Positions 45,057 to 53,767 are shown, counted from the first letter of the stretch. The stretch is 64,000 nucleotides of DNA from Burkholderiales bacterium (GCA_022843925.1 JALHMS010000003.1:58440-122439); one strand, 5' to 3'. Numbers and translations are program-made. The notes: generated by a model from the letters alone, not told the origin.

Positions 45057-47156
45057 ATGCCGTTCCACCGACGTATCGCCAGCCTGGCTGTCGGCGCCCT
45101 GCTCGTCTGCCTGGCTGCCGTCGCGGACGCCCGTCTCGTACGCTTCGAAGTCGAGCAGCGCGAGGTTGTGGCCCACGGGCGTTCGTTCGGCGCCGTCGGT
45201 CCGTACGAGAAGCTGACCGGTCGGGCATGGTTCGAGGCCGATCCGGCGGACCCGCGCAATGCCCGGGTCACCGACCTCGGGAACGCGGTGCTGAACGACG
45301 CGGGACGGGTCGGTTTCTCGGCAGACTTGGTGATCCTCAAGCCGGTCGACATGGCAAAGGCGGCGGGCACGCTGTTCTTGGAGGTGAACAACCGCGGTCG
45401 CAAAATCGCCTTCGGCCGATTGCACGATACCTCGTCGGTCGCGAACATGAACGATCCGATGTCGCCGGACGACTTCGGAAACGGGTTCCTGATGGTGAGG
45501 GGCTACGTCATCGCCTGGGTCGGCTGGGGCGCCGACATCGCGCCGGGGGATCACCGCCTGACGGTCGACTTCCCGATTGCGCAGGACGAGCGCGGGCAGC
45601 CGCTCACCGAACGTATCCTGGTGGAGTTCGGGGATCGCCACTTCCAAGGTGAGGCGCCGACCACCCTGCCGCTGTCCGGCAGCCCGACCTTCCGCAGTTT
45701 TCCGGTCGTGACGACGCGGAAGGACGCCGCGGAGGCGGAGCTCTGGATCGCGGAATCCGATTCGCCCCGACCCGAAGGGTCGGAGATCCCACCGGGCCAG
45801 CGGGTGCCCGACGACCGCTGGGCCTTCGCGCACTGTCCGGACGGCTGGCCCGGCACGCCGAGCGACACCGATATCTGCCTGCGCGACGGATTCCGGAACG
45901 ACCGCAACTACCGGCTGTTCTACCGGGCCAGCCACTCGCCGGTGATGGGCCTGGGTTACCTGACGACCCGGGACTTCATCGCGTGGCTGCGGCACGGCAT
46001 CAGCGACGACGCGGGGCATCGGAATCCGGTGCCGGGCCTCAAGAACGTGCTGTGCCTGGGGATCTCCTCGAGCGGCATGTACCTGCGGGACTTCCTGTAT
46101 CAAGGCTTCAACGAGGACGAACAGGGCCGGCGAGTGTGCGACGGGATGCACGTGCACGGGGCCGGGGTGCAGAAGCTCTTTCTCAACTACCGATTCGCCC
46201 AGCCGAACCCGTTCTCGCAACAGCACCGCGAGCGCCATGTGCCGGACACCAACTTCCCGCATCAGTACGGCGTGCGAGGCGATCCTCGAACGCGGGTGCC
46301 CGACGGCATCATGAAGCGGCCGTCCTCCGATCCGAAGCTGATCCACTCCGACTCATCCAACGAGTACTGGCAGTTCCGCGCATCACTCACCGGAACGACC
46401 GAAGGCGGCCGCATGGATCTCGGCGAGAGTCCACGGGTGCGCCGCTATCTGCTCTCGAGCCTCCAGCACGGCAGTTTTCGTGGCGACGCCCCGCACCACG
46501 GGATCGGTGACCGCCAGTGCGAGCAGCCCTCCAATCCCGTGCATCCCGGACCCCTGTTGCGCGCACTCACGGTGGCATTGGACGAGTGGGTGACGGCCGG
46601 TACGCCGCCGCCCGACACGCGCGTGCCGAGGGTGGCGGACGACACACTCGTGCCTCCGGATGCCCTCGATCTCCCGGCCATTCCGGGGCTCACCTTTCGC
46701 GCGCGCTTCAACGGGTCGGGCGAACGCGACTTCGGCCCGCGCGTCCGCGGGAACGCGGGTGTGATCGACCACCTGCTGCCGTTCACGATCTATCCGCACC
46801 GCGTGCTCGTGCCGCAGGTCGATGCGATCATCGGGCACGAGATCGCCGGCATCCGCCATCCTTCGGTGGATGTCCCCATCGCCACGTACCTCGGATGGAA
46901 CACGCGCACGCCCGAGTTCGGTGGCGACGATCTCTGCGATCTCCTGGGGGCGATGATCCCGCTGCCCCGTTCGGTGGAAGAGGCTGCCGAACGCAATGAT
47001 CCGAGGCAGTCCCTGAAATCGCTGTACGGCGACCACGACGGCTACGTCCGGCGGTTCACGGCATCCGTGCGCACGCTCGAATCCGACCGCCTGCTGCTTC
47101 CGGAAGATGCCTCGGCGCTCATCCGGGAGGCGCAGGAATCGAACGTGCTCCGGTGA
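45057..47156 (+). CDS. Large exported hypothetical protein (alpha/beta-hydrolase-domain-like, uncharacterised family)
   Basis: The track ORF starts at 44895; the internal ATG at 45057 gives 699 aa with the signal peptide MPFHRRIASLAVGALLVCLAAVADA. It contains an LGISSSGMYLRDF segment reminiscent of a nucleophile elbow. The family assignment is from memory only. Confidence 0.7.
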   Translation: MPFHRRIASLAVGALLVCLAAVADARLVRFEVEQREVVAHGRSFGAVGPYEKLTGRAWFEADPADPRNARVTDLGNAVLNDAGRVGFSADLVILKPVDMAKAAGTLFLEVNNRGRKIAFGRLHDTSSVANMNDPMSPDDFGNGFLMVRGYVIAWVGWGADIAPGDHRLTVDFPIAQDERGQPLTERILVEFGDRHFQGEAPTTLPLSGSPTFRSFPVVTTRKDAAEAELWIAESDSPRPEGSEIPPGQRVPDDRWAFAHCPDGWPGTPSDTDICLRDGFRNDRNYRLFYRASHSPVMGLGYLTTRDFIAWLRHGISDDAGHRNPVPGLKNVLCLGISSSGMYLRDFLYQGFNEDEQGRRVCDGMHVHGAGVQKLFLNYRFAQPNPFSQQHRERHVPDTNFPHQYGVRGDPRTRVPDGIMKRPSSDPKLIHSDSSNEYWQFRASLTGTTEGGRMDLGESPRVRRYLLSSLQHGSFRGDAPHHGIGDRQCEQPSNPVHPGPLLRALTVALDEWVTAGTPPPDTRVPRVADDTLVPPDALDLPAIPGLTFRARFNGSGERDFGPRVRGNAGVIDHLLPFTIYPHRVLVPQVDAIIGHEIAGIRHPSVDVPIATYLGWNTRTPEFGGDDLCDLLGAMIPLPRSVEEAAERNDPRQSLKSLYGDHDGYVRRFTASVRTLESDRLLLPEDASALIREAQESNVLR

Positions 47157-47162
47157 CGATCC

Positions 47163-47453
47163 ATGCTCCTGCGCATCCTGCTCATCCTGATCGCCGTCTT
47201 CGGCGTGATCTCGCTGTTCCACAAGCTTTCGCCGGACGCCGCGCTGCAGGCTTCGCGCCGCAAGGCTGCGTGGAGTGCCGCCGTCCGGAAGACGGCCTAC
47301 AGCCTCGCGGCAGCAGTCTTTCTCGGCGTGGGGGCCTTCACGGGCTGGCACGCGCTCCGCTTCGAGGACGCCACGGCGGGCATCGTGGCGGTCGGGGTCC
47401 TGCCGCTGGCCCTCTGGCTGGCCTATCGCTCTTATCGGGTGGACCGTCCGTGA
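47163..47453 (+). CDS. Small membrane protein (hypothetical, about 3 TM helices)
   Basis: 96-aa ORF starting 7 nt after the preceding stop. Hydrophobic segments are LLRILLILIAVFGVISLF, AYSLAAAVFLGVGAFTGW and IVAVGVLPLALWLAY. Confidence 0.55.
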   Translation: MLLRILLILIAVFGVISLFHKLSPDAALQASRRKAAWSAAVRKTAYSLAAAVFLGVGAFTGWHALRFEDATAGIVAVGVLPLALWLAYRSYRVDRP

Positions 47454-47490
47454 ACGCGTTCCCCTCGCATCCTCTCCAGGAGCATCTCTG

Positions 47491-48045
47491 ATGCAGCACC
47501 AGATGTCGGCGCTGGCGCCGCTGGCCGCTTGTCCTGCGCTCCCGGTCGTGCTGGATGTCGAGGCGTCCGGCTTCGGTGCGGGCAGCTATCCGATCGAGGT
47601 CGGGATCGCACTGCCTGACGGCACCACGCGGTGCTATCTGATCCGACCGGCCCCCGAGTGGACGCACTGGGATGCAGCGGCGGAGTCCGTGCATCGCATC
47701 ACCCGCACCATCCTGGACTCCCACGGCAGGCCGCTGCGCGAGGTGGCTGAACGCCTCAACGGCGATCTGCGCGGCCTCACGGTCTACAGCGATGCCTGGG
47801 GCTACGACCGGTCCTGGATCGCGCGGCTCTTCGACGCTGCAGAGATCCCCCAGCATTTCCGGTTGGAGTCGCTGCGCAGTCTCATGACGGACGCACAACT
47901 CGGCTGCTGGGACAGCGCCCGTCGCGCCGTGCAGGAAAGCCTGGGCGTCGTCCGACATCGGGCCAGCGCCGATGCGCTGGTCATCCAGAAGACCTTCCAG
48001 GTTTCGGCGGAAGTGGCGCATACGCACGGCATGACGGCCCGCTAA
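47491..48045 (+). CDS. DEDDh-type 3'-5' exonuclease domain protein
   Basis: The track ORF starts at 47275; the ATG at 47491 is preceded by AGGAG. The 184-aa product has Exo I VVLDVEASGF, an Exo II-like YSDAWGYDRSWI and Exo III HRASADAL (HxAxxD). Confidence 0.7.
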   Translation: MQHQMSALAPLAACPALPVVLDVEASGFGAGSYPIEVGIALPDGTTRCYLIRPAPEWTHWDAAAESVHRITRTILDSHGRPLREVAERLNGDLRGLTVYSDAWGYDRSWIARLFDAAEIPQHFRLESLRSLMTDAQLGCWDSARRAVQESLGVVRHRASADALVIQKTFQVSAEVAHTHGMTAR

Positions 48046-48321
48046 TCCAGCATTGGCGCGGGGTATTGACGCCGTGCCCTGCAGACACAAAGATTGCGGC
48101 CGAATGACGGTACCGACCGGTGACCGTCGACCATACATACAAGAGAGACCGCGCCCCACCAGGGCCACCCCGGACATGAGACGTGCTGCCTGCGTGGGAT
48201 GTATGCGCGCTGCGCCAGGGACTCCCGCCTCCTCGGGTCCGGCTGCGGCTTTCCGGCTCGAGCGGGCCGAACCGGTTCCGGAGGCGGCGACGCCCGACGC
48301 CGTCCCGTCCAGCGGCATGGC

Positions 48322-49680
48322 ATGAACGGGCCCATGTCCCCGCTGGAATCGGCGGAGCCGCAGGTCGTGCCCGCAGTGGCCGACGCGAAAGAGGATGAGA
48401 GGGTCTCCGCGCCCGTCCCGGACCCGTCGGCGCGTCAATGGATCGCACGCCTGCTGGCGGTCCGCGGGAGCACCGAAGCCCTGATCGCCGGCCTGGGTGC
48501 CGAGGATTGCGCGCTCCAGTCCATGCCGAAGGCTAGTCCTGTGAAGTGGCACCTCGGGCACACCACCTGGTTCCTGGAACACTTCGTACTCGGTGCTTTC
48601 GCGAAGCGCTACAAGCCTTGGCACGAGGCCTGTGCATTCCTCTTCAATTCCCACTACGAAGCCGCCGGGCCCGCGATCGCACGGGATCAGCGCGGGCTGG
48701 TCGCCAGGCCCACGCTGGAGGAAGTGCTGCAGTGGCGGCGCCACGTCAACGAAGCGATCGCTGACCTGCTCGCCACCCGCTGGCCGCAGCCTGCCCCCCT
48801 GCTGGAGGCGCTCGAACTCGGGCTGCAGCATGAGCAGCAGCATCAGGAAAGGATGCTGGCCGATCTGAAACACCTGTGGTCGGGCAGCCCGTTCAAGCCG
48901 GCCTACCGACCCTGGTCCATGCAGGCCGTCACGGGGCCGAGGCCGCTCCAATGGTTTCCGTGCGCCGAAGGCCTGCGGACCATCGGCCACGGGGCCGAAG
49001 GCTTCGCGTTCGACAACGAGCGCCCGGCCCACCGCCAGTTCGTGCCGGCCTTTGAACTGGGCTCCCGGCTCATCACGTGCGGGGAGTTTCTCGACTTCAT
49101 CGAAGACGGCGGCTATCAGCGCCCCGAGTTCTGGATGGCCGATGGCATCCACCATGTCCGCCGGCTGCACTGGACCGCCCCCCTCTACTGGGAGCGGCAG
49201 GGTCGCCAATGGGTGCACTACACGCTGTCCGGCGTGCGCGTCGTGGATCCCGACGAACCCGTCTGCCACGTGAGCTGGTACGAGGCCGATGCCTATGCGC
49301 GTTGGGCGGGGGCGCGACTGCCGACGGAGGCGGAATGGGAGGTGGCTGCGGCCGACGCCGGCCAGGGCGGGAATCTCGCAGAGTCGGGGCGCTTCCATCC
49401 GGCAGCACTGCAGGCGCTGCGTGCGGACTGGGGCCCGGCCCAGCTCTTCGGCGATGTCTGGGAGTGGACCTCGAGCCCGCACGGCCCCTATCCGGGCTTC
49501 CGCCCGGCGGCGGGACCGCAGGGCGAGTTCAGCGGGAAGTTCATGGTCAACCAGTACACGCTGCGCGGTGGCTCCTGCCTCACGCCGCAGTCGCACATCC
49601 GCGCGACCTATCGGCGCCACCTGTCACCGGCGACGCGCTGGCAGTTCACCGGCGTCCGCCTGGCCCGGGATCCCGGCTGA
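48322..49680 (+). CDS. egtB: EgtB-type sulfoxide synthase (DinB-like domain plus FGE-sulfatase/SUMF1 domain)
   Basis: The internal ATG at 48322 gives about 452 aa. The DinB-domain iron ligands are WHLGHTTWFLEHF and LQHEQQHQE (HxxxH). The C-terminal domain has VCHVSWYEADAYARWAGARLPTEAEWE and WEWTSSPHGPYPGF. The symbol is given at family level only. Confidence 0.8.
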   Translation: MNGPMSPLESAEPQVVPAVADAKEDERVSAPVPDPSARQWIARLLAVRGSTEALIAGLGAEDCALQSMPKASPVKWHLGHTTWFLEHFVLGAFAKRYKPWHEACAFLFNSHYEAAGPAIARDQRGLVARPTLEEVLQWRRHVNEAIADLLATRWPQPAPLLEALELGLQHEQQHQERMLADLKHLWSGSPFKPAYRPWSMQAVTGPRPLQWFPCAEGLRTIGHGAEGFAFDNERPAHRQFVPAFELGSRLITCGEFLDFIEDGGYQRPEFWMADGIHHVRRLHWTAPLYWERQGRQWVHYTLSGVRVVDPDEPVCHVSWYEADAYARWAGARLPTEAEWEVAAADAGQGGNLAESGRFHPAALQALRADWGPAQLFGDVWEWTSSPHGPYPGFRPAAGPQGEFSGKFMVNQYTLRGGSCLTPQSHIRATYRRHLSPATRWQFTGVRLARDPG

Positions 49681-49769
49681 CCGCATCATCCGAGACGCTG
49701 CAGTGAGGGCTGGTCGTCGACCGCAAGTCGTGGCAGCTTCCGGTTTTTACACCAACACCGGAGTCGACC

Positions 49770-50168
49770 GTGCTGACCATCGACCGCATCGACCACGTGG
49801 TGCTGACGGCCCGTGATGTCGACACCACCGCCGCCTTCTACGTGCGCGTGCTTGGCATGACACACGTGACGTTCGAGGGCGGTCGCCAGGCCCTGCAGTT
49901 CGGACGTCAGAAGATCAATCTCCATCAGGCCGGTCGCGAGTTCGAACCCAAGGCCGAGCGTCCGGGCCCCGGCGCCCTCGACCTCTGCTTCATCACCGCA
50001 ACGCCCATCGATGCCGTGGTCGCGCATCTCAACGCGACCGGCGTGCCGATCCTGGACGGGCCGGTGGTCCGCACCGGCGCCGAAGGACCGATCCTTTCTG
50101 TCTACTTCCGGGATCCCGACGGCAATCTGCTGGAGGTTTCGAACCGGATCACCGGAAGCGCATCGTGA
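49770..50168 (+). CDS. VOC (glyoxalase/bleomycin-resistance/dioxygenase) family protein
   Basis: 132-aa ORF with a GTG start preceded by GGAG. It has IDHVVLTARDVDTTAAFYVRVLGM and FRDPDGNLLEV, typical of the VOC fold. Confidence 0.8.
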   Translation: MLTIDRIDHVVLTARDVDTTAAFYVRVLGMTHVTFEGGRQALQFGRQKINLHQAGREFEPKAERPGPGALDLCFITATPIDAVVAHLNATGVPILDGPVVRTGAEGPILSVYFRDPDGNLLEVSNRITGSAS

Positions 50169-50746
50169 CGGCCATCGTCCGCTGCGAATGGGCTGCTGCG
50201 AGCAGTCCGCTCGACATCGCGTACCACGACACGGAGTGGGGTGTCCCGGTCCACGACGACCGGCGGCTGTTCGAGTTCCTGATCCTCGAAGGGGCCCAGG
50301 CAGGCCTGTCGTGGAGCACCATCCTGAAGAAGCGCGAAGGGTATCGCCTGGCCTTCCGGGACTTCGATCCGGATGCAGTGGCCGGCTTCGGTGACGCGGA
50401 ACAGCAGGCGCTCCTCGCCAACACCGGCATCGTGCGTAACCGCCTCAAGATCGCGTCGGCAACCACCAATGCCCGCGCCTTCCTCGACGTGCAATCGGCC
50501 TTCGGCACGTTCGACGCGTATCTCTGGCGATTCGTCGACGGCAGCCCGGTGCGCAATGCCTGGCGCACCAAGGGTGAGGTCCCGGCGAGCACGTCCGTCT
50601 CCGACGCGCTCTCGAAGGACCTCGCCAAACGCGGCTTCCGCTTCGTGGGCACGACGATCATGTACGCCTTCATGCAGGCGACGGGCATGGTCAACGACCA
50701 CACGGTCGACTGCTTCCGCTGGCAGGCCGTGCAGGACGCTGCTTGA
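50165..50746 (+). CDS. tag: DNA-3-methyladenine glycosylase I
   Basis: 193-aa ORF containing YHDTEWGVPVHDDRRLFEFLILEGAQAGLSWSTILKKREGYR, the Tag signature region. Its GTG overlaps the VOC stop. Confidence 0.92.
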   Translation: MTAIVRCEWAAASSPLDIAYHDTEWGVPVHDDRRLFEFLILEGAQAGLSWSTILKKREGYRLAFRDFDPDAVAGFGDAEQQALLANTGIVRNRLKIASATTNARAFLDVQSAFGTFDAYLWRFVDGSPVRNAWRTKGEVPASTSVSDALSKDLAKRGFRFVGTTIMYAFMQATGMVNDHTVDCFRWQAVQDAA

Positions 50747-51369
50747 AGTTCGAGGTCTGGCTTGCGTACGTGACCACGCTTGCGGTGGTCAGCGTGTCAC
50801 CCGGGACCGGTGCCGCCGCTGTGATGGCCAACGCGCTCTCGCATGGGACGCGGGCGGCATTCCCCGTAGTGCTCGGGCTGCAGGTCGGACTGGTCGTCTA
50901 CGCACTCGTGGTGGCCTTCGGACTCGCCGCCGTGGCCCAGCAGCGGATCCTGTTCCAGAGCCTCGAGATCGCCGGGGTGGCCTATCTGGGCTGGCTGGGC
51001 TCGAGAGCGCTGCTGTCGAAGCCCGCAGCCCTGATCGTCGCGCGCGGTGCGAGCGCACCGTCGTGGGGGAGTCGGATCGCGGAGGGCAGCCTCGTGAACC
51101 TCACCAACCCGAAGACGATCGTTTTCATGGCCGCGCTCTTTCCCCAGTTCCTCGACCCGCGCGCTGCGCTCGGCACGCAACTCACCGTCCTGCTTCTCAC
51201 CCTGCTCGCGGTCGACATCACCGTGATGATGGGCTACGCTCGTCTCGCCTCCACCGTCGGGGCCTGGATGCGCGATCCGCACCGGCTCGCCTGGTTGAAC
51301 CGCGGCTTCGGTGCCTGGTTCCTGGTGCTCGCCGTACTCCTCGCCCTGCAGATTCGACATGCTCCCTGA
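50743..51369 (+). CDS. LysE/RhtB-family amino-acid exporter
   Basis: 208-aa polytopic ORF whose TTG start overlaps the tag stop. SPGTGAAAVMANAL and NLTNPKTIVFMAALFPQF are typical LysE-family motifs. Confidence 0.85.
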   Translation: MKFEVWLAYVTTLAVVSVSPGTGAAAVMANALSHGTRAAFPVVLGLQVGLVVYALVVAFGLAAVAQQRILFQSLEIAGVAYLGWLGSRALLSKPAALIVARGASAPSWGSRIAEGSLVNLTNPKTIVFMAALFPQFLDPRAALGTQLTVLLLTLLAVDITVMMGYARLASTVGAWMRDPHRLAWLNRGFGAWFLVLAVLLALQIRHAP

Positions 51370-51760
51370 GAAGAACTTCACCGCCTCGCCGGTTCCGCGA
51401 CACGCCACGCTCGCCGCCGCCCGGGCTCTCCTCCCGGCGCCGGGTCCGGACGTGCTGCGTTCCGTCGCGGTGTTCCAGCACGGCACGCTCCTGCTGAAAC
51501 TCTATGCACCCACCGGGGACGACCTGCAGAAGCCGCACGGGCGCGACGAGCTTTACTTCGTCGCCTCGGGAAGCGGCATCTTCCTGAACGGTGACACGCG
51601 CCACGCGTTCGGTCCGGGCGATGCACTCTTCGTCCCTGCCGGCGTGGTCCATCGCTTCGAGTCGTTCACCCCCGACTTCCAGGTCTGGGTGGTGTTCTAC
51701 GGGCCCGACGGTGGCGAAGTGCATGGTGGATCGGATGACGGAACGGGGGTCACGTCGTGA
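51359..51760 (+). CDS. Cupin domain protein
   Basis: The internal ATG at 51359 gives 133 aa. The cupin motifs are HGRDELYFVASGSG and FVPAGVVHRF. Confidence 0.65.
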   Translation: MLPEKNFTASPVPRHATLAAARALLPAPGPDVLRSVAVFQHGTLLLKLYAPTGDDLQKPHGRDELYFVASGSGIFLNGDTRHAFGPGDALFVPAGVVHRFESFTPDFQVWVVFYGPDGGEVHGGSDDGTGVTS

Positions 51761-52794
51761 TGGAGGGCGCCACGCATGGTTCCGTCCTGCATGGTTCCGT
51801 CCTGCATGGTTCCACCCCGCAAGTCTCCATCGTCATCCCCATCTACAACGAGGCGGCAAACCTTCCCGACCTGGTGACCCGCGTCCACGACGCGCTCGCG
51901 CCGTCGGGTCGCCACTTCGAGTTGATCTGCATCGACGACGGCTCGCGCGACGGCTCGGCGCGCATCCTCGAGGGCCTGGCAGCCACGCGGCCCTGGCTGA
52001 CCCCGGTCTATCTGATCCGCAACTACGGGCAGTCTACGGCCATGCAGGCCGGCTTCGACATCGCCCGCGGCGAGTTCGTCGTCACGCTCGACGGCGACCT
52101 GCAGAACGACCCCGACGACATCCCGCGCCTGCTCGATCAGCTCGAAGCCACGCCCGATATCGATGTCATCTCGGGCTGGCGCAAGGCCCGGCAGGATGCC
52201 GCGCTCTCGCGCAAGCTTCCGTCGATGATCGCGAACGGCCTCATCTCGCGCGTCACCGGCGTGCGACTGCACGACTACGGGTGTGCGCTCAAGCTGTACC
52301 GCGCCCAGATCATCCGGGACCTTCGCCTCTACGGTGAACAGCACCGCTTCATCCCCGCGCTCGCGGCGGAGGTGGGCGCGAAGATCATCGAGGTGCCCGT
52401 CCAGCATCACGCGCGTACTCGGGGGGCAAGCAAGTACGGCATCGACCGGACGTTCCGCGTGATCCTCGATCTCCTCTGGATCAAGTTCGTGCTGCGCTTT
52501 CTGCACCGGCCCATCCACGCGTTCGGTGGTCTGGGCCTGGGGCTGGGGTCCACGGGGTTCCTGATCCTCGCGTGGCTCGCGTTCGAGAAGCTCGTTCTCG
52601 GACATTCCATCGGCGGCCGACCGTTGCTCATGCTCGGCGTGCTGCTCGTGCTGATTGCCGTCCAGATGATCGCGACCGGGGTGCTCGGTGAGATCCTCAC
52701 GCGCATCTATCACGAGCCCGAGGGCCGTCGCCAGTACCAGACCCGGGCGGCGCCGCGGCCGCTGCCGGCAGCGCGGGAGTCCCGCACTGGCTGA
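51757..52794 (+). CDS. Family-2 glycosyltransferase, polyprenyl-phosphate glycosyltransferase type (ArnC/GtrB-like)
   Basis: 345-aa ORF containing VSIVIPIYNEAANL, ICIDDGSRDGS and TLDGDLQNDP (DxD). Two C-terminal TM helices follow, which is the ArnC/GtrB/DPM1-like architecture. The start (GTG 51757 or ATG 51760) overlaps the cupin stop. Confidence 0.88.
   Translation: MMEGATHGSVLHGSVLHGSTPQVSIVIPIYNEAANLPDLVTRVHDALAPSGRHFELICIDDGSRDGSARILEGLAATRPWLTPVYLIRNYGQSTAMQAGFDIARGEFVVTLDGDLQNDPDDIPRLLDQLEATPDIDVISGWRKARQDAALSRKLPSMIANGLISRVTGVRLHDYGCALKLYRAQIIRDLRLYGEQHRFIPALAAEVGAKIIEVPVQHHARTRGASKYGIDRTFRVILDLLWIKFVLRFLHRPIHAFGGLGLGLGSTGFLILAWLAFEKLVLGHSIGGRPLLMLGVLLVLIAVQMIATGVLGEILTRIYHEPEGRRQYQTRAAPRPLPAARESRTG
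51774..51813. repeat. 15-bp tandem repeat, about 2.7 copies, in frame in the GT2 N-terminus
   Basis: GCATGGTTCCGTCCT occurs twice, followed by a partial GCATGGTTCC. It encodes HGSVL-HGSVL-HGS. Confidence 0.9.
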
Positions 52795-53752
52795 CGCCGA
52801 CCCGGCCGTCGTCCGGCCGCACCGATGGCTCCGCCTGCTGCTCCGGGCGGTGGCGGGACTCGCCCTGGTCGGCGCGATCCTCTGGTATCTGGGGCCCGCA
52901 AGTCTCGTCGGAGTCCTGCGCGAGGCGGACCCGTTGACCATGGTCGGGGCACTCGCGCTCGCCATCGTCTCGAACATCCTGTCCGCCGCGCGCTGGGCTG
53001 CGATCGCCCGGGCCTTCCATCTCGTGGCGCCGTTCGCTCCGCTCGTCGCGATGTACGCACGCGGCATCACGAGCAACACGCTGCTCCCCGGTGCCACGCT
53101 GTCCGGCGACGCCTTGCGCAGCTACGAGCTCTCGCGGCTCGGCAACCCGCTCATGGAGTCGGCGGTCTCGGTGGCCTTCTGCCGGTTGAGCGGTCTCTGG
53201 ACCCTGTGCGCGCTGAGCCTGCTGGCCGCAGGCATCGCGCTCGTGGCCGGCCTCTCGCTCGACGCCGGTGGCCACGGCGGAAACGTCCTCGCGGCCTACG
53301 GATCGCTGCTGGCGCTGATCGTCGTCGGCCCTTTCCTTCCGTGGCCCCTGGACAGGCTTCGGGCACTCCCCTTGCGCGCGGCCGGCCGCCTGGCTGATCT
53401 CTGGTCGCGACTGCGCAATCCCGATGCCGGCCTGCGCCGCAGCCTGTGGAATTCCCTCTGGCTGTCGATCCTCGTGCAGGTGTTCTCGTCGCTCGCGCTC
53501 GCGATCTGCGGGATCGCTGTCGGCGTCGACGTGCCACTGGTGCTCATGCTCGCCTGCGCAGCCCCCATCTTCGTGATGGCTGCGGTGCCACTCGGCATCG
53601 CAGGCTTCGGCACGCGCGAGCTGGCCGCCGTTGCCGTGCTCGGCCTGGCCGGCGTGCCTCCCGCCACCGCCGCCGCCACGGGGCTCCTGTACGGCGTGCT
53701 CGGGGTCGCGCAGGGCGTGCTGTCCGCACCGCTCTTCCTGCGGACCCGGTGA
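52688..53752 (+). CDS. UPF0104 / lysyl-phosphatidylglycerol-synthase-TM-region-like membrane protein (putative flippase-type)
   Basis: Polytopic membrane ORF with the LAIVSNILSAARWAAIARAF motif common in this family. The start is unresolved. The GTG at 52688 overlaps the GT2 gene by 107 nt. Alternatives are CTG 52787 and GTG 52850. Confidence 0.6.
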   Translation: MRSSRASITSPRAVASTRPGRRRGRCRQRGSPALADADPAVVRPHRWLRLLLRAVAGLALVGAILWYLGPASLVGVLREADPLTMVGALALAIVSNILSAARWAAIARAFHLVAPFAPLVAMYARGITSNTLLPGATLSGDALRSYELSRLGNPLMESAVSVAFCRLSGLWTLCALSLLAAGIALVAGLSLDAGGHGGNVLAAYGSLLALIVVGPFLPWPLDRLRALPLRAAGRLADLWSRLRNPDAGLRRSLWNSLWLSILVQVFSSLALAICGIAVGVDVPLVLMLACAAPIFVMAAVPLGIAGFGTRELAAVAVLGLAGVPPATAAATGLLYGVLGVAQGVLSAPLFLRTR

Positions 53753-53767
53753 TAGCATCGCTTCCCC

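Noticed and set aside
47338-49620. 760-aa minus-strand ORF covering the exonuclease and egtB genes. Others of this kind are 44955..46346 and 46383..47351, opposite the secreted-protein gene.
   Set aside because: They are shadow ORFs. The opposite-strand genes have iron-ligand and FGE-domain motifs, or a signal peptide with a ribosome-binding site.
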